DNA from: Dehalococcoidia bacterium
Lineage (GTDB): Bacteria; Chloroflexota; Dehalococcoidia; Lucifugimonadales; JADFKI01
Assembly (NCBI GenBank): GCA_965203895.1
Contig: CBDBDI010000003.1
Span: forward strand, 1,699,975 to 1,763,974
DNA length: 64,000 bases
Reading direction: 5' to 3'
How positions within the stretch are numbered: the first letter of the stretch is position 1; each line of letters begins with the position of its first letter. The notes below the pieces were generated by a model. That model searched no databases. It saw only the letters and a program-made list of their open reading frames with translations, and was not told the DNA's origin. The position numbers and the translations under genes were made by a program. This document shows positions 1-8,955 of this stretch, piece after piece.

Positions 1-121
1 ACCGCGCAGGGTTGGTGGTATTGACGCTGGACCGAAAAATGTCCCGCTTGCCACAATCTCGATTGTTGTAGTGAGTTGCTACTAAGTCAATGTAAGAGTT
101 CGAAGACCTGCTGTGATTATT

Positions 122-344
122 ATGGATTACTCCGTCATAGTTCACGAAGCCGAAGAGGGCGGTTATTGGGTAGAAGCGCCGGCACTGCCGGGCTGTTACC
201 TCTCAGGGCGAAACCCTTGACGATGCGCTTGATAATGTCAAAGAAGCCATTGCGCTCTATTTGGAAGCGCTTATGGATGACGATAGGCGCATTCCTATGG
301 ATTCCGATGTGGTATTCCATGTAACGGTTCCGGTCGAAGCATAA
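122..344 (+). pseudogene. hicB: HicB-family antitoxin, frameshifted
   Basis: ATG 122 reads MDYSVIVHEAEEGGYWVEAPALPGCY, a typical HicB N-terminus, then hits TGA at 218. The rest of the domain (QGETLDDALDNVKEAIALYLEALMDDDRRIP...VEA*) continues in the neighbouring frame from about 204 to stop 342-344. One extra base near 200-203 explains the break. Confidence 0.7.
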
Positions 345-395
345 CGGCGGCGACCGCGCAATTTCGGCGCGCATACTATCGGAAGGGGGTTGAAT

Positions 396-1199
396 ATGGC
401 GGCAACTGACACTACCACTGCTGCGACAACCACGGTTGCATATCCCGACTGGAGCTTCATTGAAGACCCGGAGCCGGTGGAGGACGCTATGCAGCAGGAG
501 CTGGCGATAGAGTACATAGTGAGCGCGCTCCGCAGCCACTACCGCGGCCTTGACGATGTGCTGGTGTCGGGCGCGGCCGGCTACCTGTGCTACGACCGCC
601 GCACGCTCACCGCGCGGGTTGTGCCGGATTGCCTAGTGGCATTCGGGGTTGCCGCCGCCGCTATCCGCGAGCGCAACGCATACCTCATATGGGAAGTGGG
701 CAAGGCGCCGGACTTTGTGGCGGAGGTGGCGTCGGCAAGCACAGCGTCCAACGATCTTGGCAGAAAGCGCGAGTTGTACGCTCGGATTGGCGTGTCGGAA
801 TACTGGCGCTTTGACGCCACGGGCGGCAGTCTGTACGGCAGCCCGCTTGTGGGCGAGCGCCTTATGGGCGACGAGTATCAGCCGTATGAACTTCACACCG
901 ACGCTGACGGCGCAGTCTGGGCGCATAGCGAACTGCTGAACCTCGACTTTCGCTGGGACGGCGAAATGTTTCGAGTACGCGATCCTATAACGGGCGAAGA
1001 CATAAACACATTCAGCGAAGAGCGCGATGCGCGTGAAATGGACAGGGTGGCGTGGCTTGCGGCGGAAGCGCGCGCGGATGCGGAGCGTGATGCGCGCGAA
1101 AGAGAGCGGCAAGCCCGCCTAGATGCCGAAGCGCAAGCCCGCGCGTTGGCAGATGAACTCGAGCGTCTGCGCCGGCAGATGGGTTCGCGCGACGACTGA
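396..1199 (+). CDS. Uma2-family (DUF820) PD-(D/E)xK endonuclease with Arg/Glu/Ala-rich coiled-coil tail
   Basis: The ORF contains VPDCLVAFGV...APDFVAEV...ELYARIGVSEYWRFD, the Uma2 pattern. ATG 396 follows GGAAGGGGG. The C-terminal ~70 aa are low-complexity ERDARERERQARLDAEAQ. Confidence 0.75.
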   Translation: MAATDTTTAATTTVAYPDWSFIEDPEPVEDAMQQELAIEYIVSALRSHYRGLDDVLVSGAAGYLCYDRRTLTARVVPDCLVAFGVAAAAIRERNAYLIWEVGKAPDFVAEVASASTASNDLGRKRELYARIGVSEYWRFDATGGSLYGSPLVGERLMGDEYQPYELHTDADGAVWAHSELLNLDFRWDGEMFRVRDPITGEDINTFSEERDAREMDRVAWLAAEARADAERDARERERQARLDAEAQARALADELERLRRQMGSRDD

Positions 1200-1383
1200 A
1201 CCGCAAAGCGCTGACATAGCATTTGCGTTGCTATCGTCCCCGCAACCCCATTCCGCGATATGCCCGCCATCCCCCGCCGCGCGCCGTTGCGTATTGGTGC
1301 TGCGAGCGCTCAAAACTCGTTAGCCCCCGCCGTCTCTTGGTGTACAATTATTGTCAGATATACCAACACGGCGGGGTGAATAT

Positions 1384-3357
1384 ATGCCTGACTTTCAAAT
1401 TGTTTCCGATTTTGCGCCGACGGGCGATCAGCCTCATGCGATCGACAAGGCCGCCGCCGGCCTCGACGAAGGCTTGCGCCACCAGACATTGCTGGGCGTT
1501 ACGGGCAGCGGCAAGACATTCACTATGGCGTGCATCATCGAGAAGGCGCAGCGTCCCACGCTCGTTATCGCGCACAACAAGACGCTCGCCGCTCAGCTCG
1601 CCACCGAGTTCAAAGAGTTCTTCCCCAACAACGCCGTGGAGTATTTCGTAAGCTACTACGACTACTACCAGCCCGAAGCCTATGTGCCGCGCACCGATAC
1701 CTACATAGAGAAGGACTCCGACATCAACGAAGAGCTGGACAAGCTTCGCCACGCCGCAACAAGGGCGCTGCTCACGCGCCGCGATACGCTCATAGTGGCG
1801 TCCGTGTCCTGCATATTCGGCTTGGGATCGCCCGAAGAGTATCAGAGCTTCGTGGCGTATGTGCGGCGCGGGGAAGAGCGCAGCCGCGCCCACCTGATAC
1901 GCCAGCTGGTGGATATGCAGTATGAGCGCAACGATATGGACTTTGCGCGCGGCAAGTTTCGCATCCGCGGCGATACGATGGAAGTCCTGCCCGCATACGA
2001 AGAACTGGGCATCCGCATCGAGTTCTGGGGCGACGAAGTGGAGCGCATTATGGTGGTGGATCCGCTCACCGGCGAGCTGCTGGGCGAGCGCGAAGACATC
2101 GAGATTTACCCCGCCAAGCACTTCGTTACATCGCAGGAAAAGATGAACCTCGCCGTCAAGGACATAGAGGTGGAACTGGCGCAGTGCGTCGCGGACTTCA
2201 AGGCACAGGGCAAGCTTCTGGAAGCGGAACGGCTGGAGTCGCGCACGCGCTACGACATCGAGATGATGCAAGAGACGGGCTATTGCGCCGGCGTAGAGAA
2301 CTACTCCCGCCACCTAGCGCGCCGCGCCGCCGGCAGCAAGCCCTACACGCTTATGGACTACTTCCCGCAGGACTACCTGCTGTTCGTTGACGAATCGCAT
2401 ATGACGCTGCCGCAGATACGCGGGATGTACCGCGGCGATCAGTCCCGCAAAGAGACGCTTGTGGAGTTCGGCTTTCGGCTGCCGTCGGCGCTGGACAACC
2501 GCCCGCTCAACTTCGGCGAGTTCGAAAACCATGTGAACCAAGCCGTCTATGTGTCCGCCACGCCCGGCACGTATGAACACGAACACAGCCAGCAGGTCAT
2601 AGAGCAGGTCATACGCCCAACCGGGTTGCTCGACCCACTGGTAGAGGTCAAGCCCACCGAGGGGCAGATCGACGACCTGCTCTATCAGATACGCGCGCGC
2701 ATCGCCAAAGGGCAGCGCTGCGTCATCACCACGCTGACCAAGCGAATGGCGGAAGAGCTCTCAGACTATCTGCGCGAAATGGGCGTGAAGGTGCATTACC
2801 TGCATTCGGAGATTGACACGCTGGAGCGCAGCGAAATCCTGCGCGATCTGCGGCTCGGCGTGTACGATGTGGTGGTGGGCATCAACCTGCTGCGCGAGGG
2901 CATAGACCTGCCCGAAGTCAGCCTCGTCGCCATCTTGGACGCCGACAAGGAAGGCTATCTGCGCTCGCTCACCGCGCTTGTGCAGACCATCGGCAGGGCG
3001 GCGCGCCATATCGAGGGCAGCGTCATTATGTACGCCGACCGGGTTACCGACTCTATGAAGAACGCCATTGAAGAGACGGAGCGCCGCCGCCGCATCCAAG
3101 AAGCCTACAACCGCGAGCGCGGCATCACGCCGCAGGGCATCCAAAAGTCGGTGCGCGACATCACCGAGCGCGTCAAGGCGGTAGCCGAAGAGAGCGCCCC
3201 CTACGTTACGCACGGCGACCTGCCCAAAGACGACATCATGCGCCTCATCAAAGACTTGGAATCGCAGATGAAAAGCGCATCGCGCGCGCTGGAGTTCGAA
3301 AAGGCGGCGCTGCTGCGCGACCAGATAGTGGATCTGCGCAAGGCGATGGAGGGGTAG
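1384..3357 (+). CDS. uvrB: excinuclease ABC subunit B
   Basis: Full-length UvrB: [28 protein letters not shown] Walker A, a helicase C domain and a C-terminal UVR motif ([13 protein letters not shown]). ATG 1384 is preferred over TTG 1351 because of the RBS GGGGTGA. Confidence 0.97.
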   Translation: MPDFQIVSDFAPTGDQPHAIDKAAAGLDEGLRHQTLLGVTGSGKTFTMACIIEKAQRPTLVIAHNKTLAAQLATEFKEFFPNNAVEYFVSYYDYYQPEAYVPRTDTYIEKDSDINEELDKLRHAATRALLTRRDTLIVASVSCIFGLGSPEEYQSFVAYVRRGEERSRAHLIRQLVDMQYERNDMDFARGKFRIRGDTMEVLPAYEELGIRIEFWGDEVERIMVVDPLTGELLGEREDIEIYPAKHFVTSQEKMNLAVKDIEVELAQCVADFKAQGKLLEAERLESRTRYDIEMMQETGYCAGVENYSRHLARRAAGSKPYTLMDYFPQDYLLFVDESHMTLPQIRGMYRGDQSRKETLVEFGFRLPSALDNRPLNFGEFENHVNQAVYVSATPGTYEHEHSQQVIEQVIRPTGLLDPLVEVKPTEGQIDDLLYQIRARIAKGQRCVITTLTKRMAEELSDYLREMGVKVHYLHSEIDTLERSEILRDLRLGVYDVVVGINLLREGIDLPEVSLVAILDADKEGYLRSLTALVQTIGRAARHIEGSVIMYADRVTDSMKNAIEETERRRRIQEAYNRERGITPQGIQKSVRDITERVKAVAEESAPYVTHGDLPKDDIMRLIKDLESQMKSASRALEFEKAALLRDQIVDLRKAMEG

Positions 3358-3637
3358 GGGGTGGCGCAAGCGGCAAGCGGCAAAGGCGCATCCAAGAAAA
3401 TCCCTGCCCTAAGTTCGCGATTATCGTCAACTTCAATCAAACATATGTACACATACCATAGGTTTGGTGTGATATAATGCGCCCAACCGACTTGCCATAT
3501 ACCTATATTCGAGGCAACGCCCTATGGCTTGGCTGCAAGCGTATTTGCCGTCGCCAGCCCTGTTTGCCTTCACATCAAGCGTAGAGTGTAATCCACAAAA
3601 GGCGTGTACAGGTCAGACACGCATGGAACCATGATGT

Positions 3638-4366
3638 ATGACTAAGATAACTAAGGTCAAAGCGCTCATAAACCTGCTTGGCGATAACGGCGGCGCGGCA
3701 AGCTGGCAATACATCTATGAAAACATAGAGCGGTACTATCCAAACGCCAAAGCCGCAAAGAGCTGGGACGCCGCCCTCAGAGGCGTGTTGTATCGCGAAT
3801 GGCAGAACGGACGCCACTTCAAGCGCATCGGACTCGGCGTCTATGCTCTTATAGACTATCAAGAACAAGAAGTCGTTGAGCGCATCATGACGGACGAAGT
3901 TCGGATGCACTCATACATAGAGGGGCTGCTTGTAGAGACCGGCAATCATGAGAACTACGATACCTACTGCTCCGACAAGACCGCCGTATTTCAAGGGAAT
4001 GTGCCTATCGGTCAATTGTCGTCCATAGACGACATCCCCGACTTCACTTATCCGGAGATAATACAAATAACCAAGCGAATCGACGTCGTTTGGCTCAACA
4101 AAGATGGCTACAAGTTTCCCAGAAAAGCCATCGAAGTGGTGAACAGCATCGGCACTTTGGAGCAAGCGCTGAACCGCATGTACCAGATTAAAGAGTTCCA
4201 AACGGATTTCTTGATAGTCTCTCCACATAAGTTTGTGAACAGGATAACCCGAAAGCTCAGGCAGGAGCCTTATTCCATTCACAGCGGAAGGTTTGAAATC
4301 AGGAACTACGAGCAAATTATCGCCTACCACCGAAGCCTCCTAGAGGTGGAGCGTTTAAGGTTTTAG
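3638..4366 (+). CDS. hypothetical protein; N-terminal winged-helix-like region plus C-terminal PD-(D/E)xK-like core
   Basis: 242-aa ORF in a visibly AT-richer stretch. The N-terminus (WQYIYENIERYY...HFKRIGLGVYAL) resembles Mrr-N/wHTH modules. The C-terminus has the E...D...E pattern (YIEGLLVETG ... RIDVVWLNK ... KAIEVVNS). No family was recognised with certainty. Confidence 0.45.
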   Translation: MTKITKVKALINLLGDNGGAASWQYIYENIERYYPNAKAAKSWDAALRGVLYREWQNGRHFKRIGLGVYALIDYQEQEVVERIMTDEVRMHSYIEGLLVETGNHENYDTYCSDKTAVFQGNVPIGQLSSIDDIPDFTYPEIIQITKRIDVVWLNKDGYKFPRKAIEVVNSIGTLEQALNRMYQIKEFQTDFLIVSPHKFVNRITRKLRQEPYSIHSGRFEIRNYEQIIAYHRSLLEVERLRF

Positions 4367-4441
4367 GAATGCGCGTAGGCATTGGGCTTTCGCGCATTCC
4401 TAAGAACGGAAGCGGTGAATTAGCAAAGGAGAGCAACTTAT

Positions 4442-4615
4442 ATGAAGGTAACTATTGAAATCGATTCGGAAACCATCGAGGAAGTTCTGGAATTCGCCCA
4501 GCTAAACTTGGACTGCCTTAACGTGGAAGAGTTCAAGGATGTCCAAGAAAGCGTGTGCGCCATTTACAAAGCCTTCTACGCCGCCAAGCGCGAAGCCGTT
4601 AATGCGCCATCCTAG
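4442..4615 (+). CDS. small acidic hypothetical protein (57 aa)
   Basis: Below the ORF-track cutoff. ATG 4442 is preceded by AAGGAGA. Translation is MKVTIEIDSETIEEVLEFAQLNLDCLNVEEFKDVQESVCAIYKAFYAAKREAVNAPS. The stop lies 2 nt before the next ORF. Confidence 0.4.
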   Translation: MKVTIEIDSETIEEVLEFAQLNLDCLNVEEFKDVQESVCAIYKAFYAAKREAVNAPS

Positions 4616-4617
4616 AC

Positions 4618-5122
4618 TTGGACGCATTCCTGGATAACGGCGCTGATGGGATATTCATTGCGGACAAGCGCGCCGTCAAAGCCTCATCCCGAATTCAGTT
4701 TTCCAAATCAGAACCCGACTACCTCATATTCCAAAGAGAAGGTCTGCTAAGGCGGCGCTTTGTGATGGAGCTGAAGGACGGCGACACATTCGACACCAAG
4801 AAATCCCAGCGGCGAGGTCGAAACGCTTAAAGAGTTCACCCGCTCCGTAGGTTCCACACTCACATACTCAACCGAATTCAAGATTTGCTCATTCAATCAA
4901 ACCGACAAACAGGCAATCGTAATCGGCTTCAAACAGACCGTTACCGAAGCGCAAGTTTGGACGGGCAGAGAGTTCTGCGAACTGATGGGTTTCGACTACG
5001 ACGCCATACTCGAAGATCGCAAATCGGACGCGGCAACCAACCGCAGGTTCCTAGTAGAGCAGCTTCTGAACATCCCGGAAATCAGGCAAATCGCCGAGGA
5101 TGTCCTAAATCCCGAAGCATAA
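4618..5122 (+). pseudogene. small PD-(D/E)xK restriction-endonuclease-like gene, frameshifted at about 4800
   Basis: Frame 1 from TTG 4618 gives ...EPDYLIFQREGLLRRRFVMELKDGDTFDTKK, a canonical PD...ExK. The protein-like sequence then continues in the next frame from 4802 (NPSGEVETLKEFTRSVGS...LLNIPEIRQIAEDVLNPEA*, stop 5120-5122). The shift sits at an A-run (AAGAAAT). Confidence 0.5.
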
Positions 5123-5290
5123 TCTCCTAATCCGTCCTAAAAAAACTATCGCACAGAATATAGTGAGTTTGTCCTATTAACAATTGCGGCATTGCCGAAT
5201 GTGCGATGCCGGACGACGGAAATTTCCCGCTCCTGTGGCTATTGCTGCTGTTAATCCCACTTGCGGCGCGGTGCTGCACGGGGACGCTCC

Positions 5291-5325
5291 AAACGCAAAT
5301 ATGCAGAGGCGCAAAGGGTTAGGGC
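5291..5325 (+). repeat. copy of recurrent intergenic GCGCAAAGG motif
   Basis: aaacgcaaatatgcagaggcgcaaagggttaggg. It resembles the copies at 43192, 47236, 51426 and 57265. Confidence 0.55.
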
Positions 5326-5394
5326 AATGGGACATCGACAGAATTTCTCTATGAAGAACCGATGGGGATGTGTTAATGTTTTGTAGGGGATGTT

Positions 5395-6489
5395 GTGATT
5401 TCTTCTGCGAAATTCTGGATAGGCATCGGTTTGAGCGCGGCGCTGATAGCGCTGTTTCTGCTGACCGTCGACGTGCGCCATATGCTGGCGGCGCTGGCGC
5501 AGGCTAACTACGTCTATGTGATCCCCGCGATTGCGCTATACCTGATAGCGGTGGTGTTTCGGACGATGCGCTGGCAGGCGCTGCTGGGGCATATGAAGCA
5601 TGTGGGCGTGCGCCGTCTGTTCCCGGTGGTGGTGGTGGGCTATATGGCGAACAACATTCTGCCGATGCGGTTGGGCGAGCTGGTTCGGAGTTACTATCTG
5701 GGCGAGCGCGAGGGCATAAGCAAGACGGCGTCGCTGACTACGATATTCGTTGAGCGCATGCTGGACGCGCTGACGTTGCTGTTCTTCATAGCGGCGATAG
5801 CGCTGTTCGTGCCGCTGTACGGGCTTGCTGAGGGATTGGGCGAGTGGTCGGGCGTGGCGTGGCCGTTGCTGGCGGCGGCGTTCAGCGTGCCGTTTGTGGC
5901 GGCGTTTGGCGCGCTGGTGGCGTTTGCGGTATTCCCCGATCGCGCGCGCGCCATAGCGCTGACGCTGATCCGGCCGCTGCCTCAGCGCTTCGAGTCGATA
6001 GCGCGCCATCTGATCGACTATTTTCTGCACGGGCTAACATCGCTGCGCAGTCCCAAAACGCTGGCGCTTCTGTTCGTGCTGTCCATTCCCGTATGGCTGT
6101 TCGAGGCGGGGCTGTTCTATATGGTTGGGCTATCGTTCGACCTGGATAGCGCATACGGCAGCCCGATGCAGATGGCGATTGCGATGGTTCTGGTATCGGC
6201 GGTGGCGAATTTGGGCGCCTCGGTGCCGGGTTCGCCGGGCGGCATCGGCTTGTTTGAGTTAATCACGCGCGAGACGCTGCTGCTGCTGCCGCTTGCGGTG
6301 GTGGACAGATCGGCGGCGGCGGGTTTCGCCACGGTTACGCACGCCTTGCTGCTGCTGGTGATGATAATTCCGGGGCTGGCGTATCTTTGGACGGAGAATG
6401 TGTCGCTGCGGCGGTTAGTGCGGACTTCGCGGAGCGCAACGGCCGACGGCTCAGGCGCTTTGAGCGGGCCGCGCGTCGGCGAGGGATAA
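5395..6489 (+). CDS. UPF0104 / lysylphosphatidylglycerol-synthase-TM-like (flippase-like) membrane protein
   Basis: Polytopic membrane ORF with the characteristic N-terminal region ...ALYLIAVVFRTMRWQALL... and MANNILPMRLGELVR. GTG start. Confidence 0.65.
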   Translation: MISSAKFWIGIGLSAALIALFLLTVDVRHMLAALAQANYVYVIPAIALYLIAVVFRTMRWQALLGHMKHVGVRRLFPVVVVGYMANNILPMRLGELVRSYYLGEREGISKTASLTTIFVERMLDALTLLFFIAAIALFVPLYGLAEGLGEWSGVAWPLLAAAFSVPFVAAFGALVAFAVFPDRARAIALTLIRPLPQRFESIARHLIDYFLHGLTSLRSPKTLALLFVLSIPVWLFEAGLFYMVGLSFDLDSAYGSPMQMAIAMVLVSAVANLGASVPGSPGGIGLFELITRETLLLLPLAVVDRSAAAGFATVTHALLLLVMIIPGLAYLWTENVSLRRLVRTSRSATADGSGALSGPRVGEG

Positions 6490-6509
6490 GGCTAGGGAAG
6501 GGATAGGCT

Positions 6510-7832
6510 ATGCGCGTAGGGATAATCGGCGCGGGCGCGGCGGGACTGGCGGCGGCGTATGAGCTGGGACTGCAGGGACATCGCGCGGCGGTGTATGAGC
6601 GCGCTGATTTCCTGGGCGGGCAGGCATCTACCTTCGATGTGGGCGGCGCGCGGCTTGAGAAGGGCTATCACCACTGGTTCACCAGCGATACGGACATTGT
6701 TGACCTTACGCATGAAATTGGGCTTGGGCATCAAGTTCGTTGGATAGACTCCAGCGTCGGCACGCTTTGGGACGGTAGGATTTACCCATTCGTTACGCCG
6801 ATGGATCTGCTGAAGTTCACGCCGCTGAGTCTGCTCGACCGCATGCGCTTGGGCTTGACTACGTTGTACTTGCAGCGTCAGAAAGACTTTCGCAAGTATG
6901 AGGGAATTACGGCGGACGAATGGCTGCGGCGGCATTCGGGCAAGCGCGGGTATGAGGTGTTTTGGGGTCCGATGCTGCGCGGCAAGTTCGGCGACGACTA
7001 TTATAAGGATGTGGGGATGGCGTGGATGTGGGGCAAGGTGCAGACGCGGGTGAAGTCGCGCGGCAAGGGAATGGTGAAAGAGAAGCTGGGCTATCCGATA
7101 GGCAGCTTCGGCGAAGTGTTCGACGTGCTGGCGGACAAGGCGCGCGAGCTGGGCGGCGAGGTTTATCTGTCGGCGGCCGTGGAGCGAGTGGACGCGCGGG
7201 ACGGCAAGTCGGTCGGGATGCGCGTGGCGCTGGACGGCGGTTCGGCGCGAGATGAGCGCTTTGACGCCGTTATCGCCACAACGCCGTCGTATCTTTTTCC
7301 AAGACTGGTGGACGGGCTGCCGGCGGACTACCTGCGGCGGCTTACGGATGTGAACTATATGGCGGCGGTGCTGGTGATTCTGGTGCTGGATCGGCCGCTT
7401 ACGAATGTCTATTGGCTGAATGTCGCCGACCGCTCCATTCCGTTTGTGGCGGCGATAGAGCATACCAACCTGATTGGGCCGGAGCATTACGGCGGCAAGC
7501 ACATCGTCTATCTGTCCAACTATCTGAGCACGGATCACCCGATGTTTCGGATGGGACACGATGAGATTTTGCGGGAATACCTGCCGCATCTGCGAAAGAT
7601 AAACCCGGACTTCAATCCGTCTTGGATAGAGACGAGTTACCATCATCGGGTAGGCGCAGCGCAGCCTATCATCGGGACGAACTACAGCGAGCGCATACCC
7701 GCGCACCGCACGCCGTTTAGGGGGCTGTATCTCGCCAACACCACGCAGGTGTACCCGGAGGATAGAGGGACGAACTACAGCGTGCGAATGGGGCGCGAGG
7801 TGGCGCGGATGGTAATGGGGGATTTGGGGTAA
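6510..7832 (+). CDS. NAD(P)/FAD-dependent oxidoreductase (amine-oxidase / phytoene-desaturase-like fold)
   Basis: N-terminal dinucleotide fold MRVGIIGAGAAGLAAAYEL...VYERADFLGGQ. 440 aa. Confidence 0.75.
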   Translation: MRVGIIGAGAAGLAAAYELGLQGHRAAVYERADFLGGQASTFDVGGARLEKGYHHWFTSDTDIVDLTHEIGLGHQVRWIDSSVGTLWDGRIYPFVTPMDLLKFTPLSLLDRMRLGLTTLYLQRQKDFRKYEGITADEWLRRHSGKRGYEVFWGPMLRGKFGDDYYKDVGMAWMWGKVQTRVKSRGKGMVKEKLGYPIGSFGEVFDVLADKARELGGEVYLSAAVERVDARDGKSVGMRVALDGGSARDERFDAVIATTPSYLFPRLVDGLPADYLRRLTDVNYMAAVLVILVLDRPLTNVYWLNVADRSIPFVAAIEHTNLIGPEHYGGKHIVYLSNYLSTDHPMFRMGHDEILREYLPHLRKINPDFNPSWIETSYHHRVGAAQPIIGTNYSERIPAHRTPFRGLYLANTTQVYPEDRGTNYSVRMGREVARMVMGDLG

Positions 7833-7905
7833 GACTGGGCGGGAGTTGCGGCGCTGCGTAAAATCGGCATTATGATGTATAGCGATTGCGCCGTGCGCGA
7901 ACCGA

Positions 7906-8214
7906 TTGGCAGGGGGCTTGCAGATGGACATAGGCGAGCTGACGCGAATTAATCGCGACGAGATCCTTCGCTTCGCCTATATGCGCGGCGCTTCGAATGT
8001 GCGCGTGTTCGGCTCGGTGGCACGCGGCGACGCCGATGAGCGCAGCGACTTGGATCTGCTAGTGAATATGGACGACGGCAGGAGTCTGATGGATCTTTGC
8101 GGATTCTTGACCGACGTAGAGGAACTCTTGGGGCGCAAAGTGGATGTGGTTGACGAAGGCGGGCTTAGCCCTTATCTGAGAGATCGCATTTTGGCAGAGG
8201 CAAAACCGCTGTGA
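7906..8214 (+). CDS. nucleotidyltransferase-domain protein (MNT/MntA-type antitoxin-like)
   Basis: RVFGSVARGDADERSDLDLLV motif (GS-x10-DxD). About 100 aa. ATG 7924 is an alternative start. Confidence 0.8.
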   Translation: MAGGLQMDIGELTRINRDEILRFAYMRGASNVRVFGSVARGDADERSDLDLLVNMDDGRSLMDLCGFLTDVEELLGRKVDVVDEGGLSPYLRDRILAEAKPL

Positions 8215-8374
8215 GAGACGCCGAAAAGGATAACGCCGTACTCTTGCCCGGCGACGTGAATCCGCATGCTAGAAGCGCGCTAGAAGGTTGCGTTTGCGGG
8301 GCTTGGCAAGTATCCTATTAGGCGGTGAATATCGGGCGTGGGATAGCCTCAGTCAAGCGTAAGGAGCTTGCCCG

Positions 8375-8872
8375 TTGAGTGCGCAGAACGATGCGCTTAG
8401 GGAGCGCGTGAAACTTGCGATTGCATCGCAGACGAAGACGAACGTCAATGTGCTGTCTTCGCTGCATGCGGTGCTGGACGATTTGGGCTACATTCCGGAT
8501 ATGGCGATAGAAGAGGTAGCCGATTATACGCAGACCACGATAAACGAAGTTTGGGGCGTGGCGTCGTTCTACACCAACTTCAGGTTCACGCCGCCGGGCG
8601 ATAATGTGGTCGAGATATGCTGGGGCCCTACCTGCCATCTGCTTGGCGCGCCCGAAATCTTGAGCGCGGTGATGGCTGATCTTGGGCTTGCGGACGAAGG
8701 CGAAACGGCGGACAACGGCGTTAGCCTTAAGTACAACACCTGCCTGGGGGCGTGTTCGCAGGCGCCTGTTATGATGGTGAATCATCGGCTCGCGGGGCGC
8801 ATCAACGTCGATTCGGCGCTGCGTCGCGTGGGCGCGCTTCGGGGCTCGTCGCGAAACGGCGGCGGTCATTAG
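8375..8872 (+). CDS. NuoE-like [2Fe-2S] thioredoxin-fold subunit (NADH dehydrogenase 24 kDa family)
   Basis: CWGPTCHLLG ... CLGACSQAPVMMVN cysteine pattern. TTG start. Confidence 0.85.
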   Translation: MSAQNDALRERVKLAIASQTKTNVNVLSSLHAVLDDLGYIPDMAIEEVADYTQTTINEVWGVASFYTNFRFTPPGDNVVEICWGPTCHLLGAPEILSAVMADLGLADEGETADNGVSLKYNTCLGACSQAPVMMVNHRLAGRINVDSALRRVGALRGSSRNGGGH

Positions 8873-8955
8873 GTTTTCCCTGCGCCTGCCGTGCTCTGAT
8901 TGAACGGGGCGGCGTTTCGGCGGGTATAGGCGATACGGAGATGCTAGGATAGGCT

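Noticed and set aside
1-121. Possible hicA toxin gene upstream of hicB
   Set aside because: All three frames are interrupted by stops. Only short HicA-like fragments can be imagined, which is not enough to call even a pseudogene.
76-324. 82-aa ORF from the track (MLLSQCKSSKTCC...)
   Set aside because: It lies in the third frame across the region. The other two frames together spell a clear HicB antitoxin. The sequence is Cys/Arg-rich and not protein-like.
6492-7931. 479-aa minus-strand ORF
   Set aside because: It is antisense to the well-supported FAD oxidoreductase. The Arg/His/Pro-rich composition is typical of shadow ORFs in GC-rich DNA. The same reasoning applies to 11236-12234, 14301-15557, 47665-48528, 51588-52595, 56207-57190, 61540-62418 and 62889-63731.
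8214-8330. HepT/HEPN toxin gene downstream of the MNT gene
   Set aside because: Only a ~36-codon GTG ORF without an Rx4-6H motif is present. This is reported as an orphan MNT instead.
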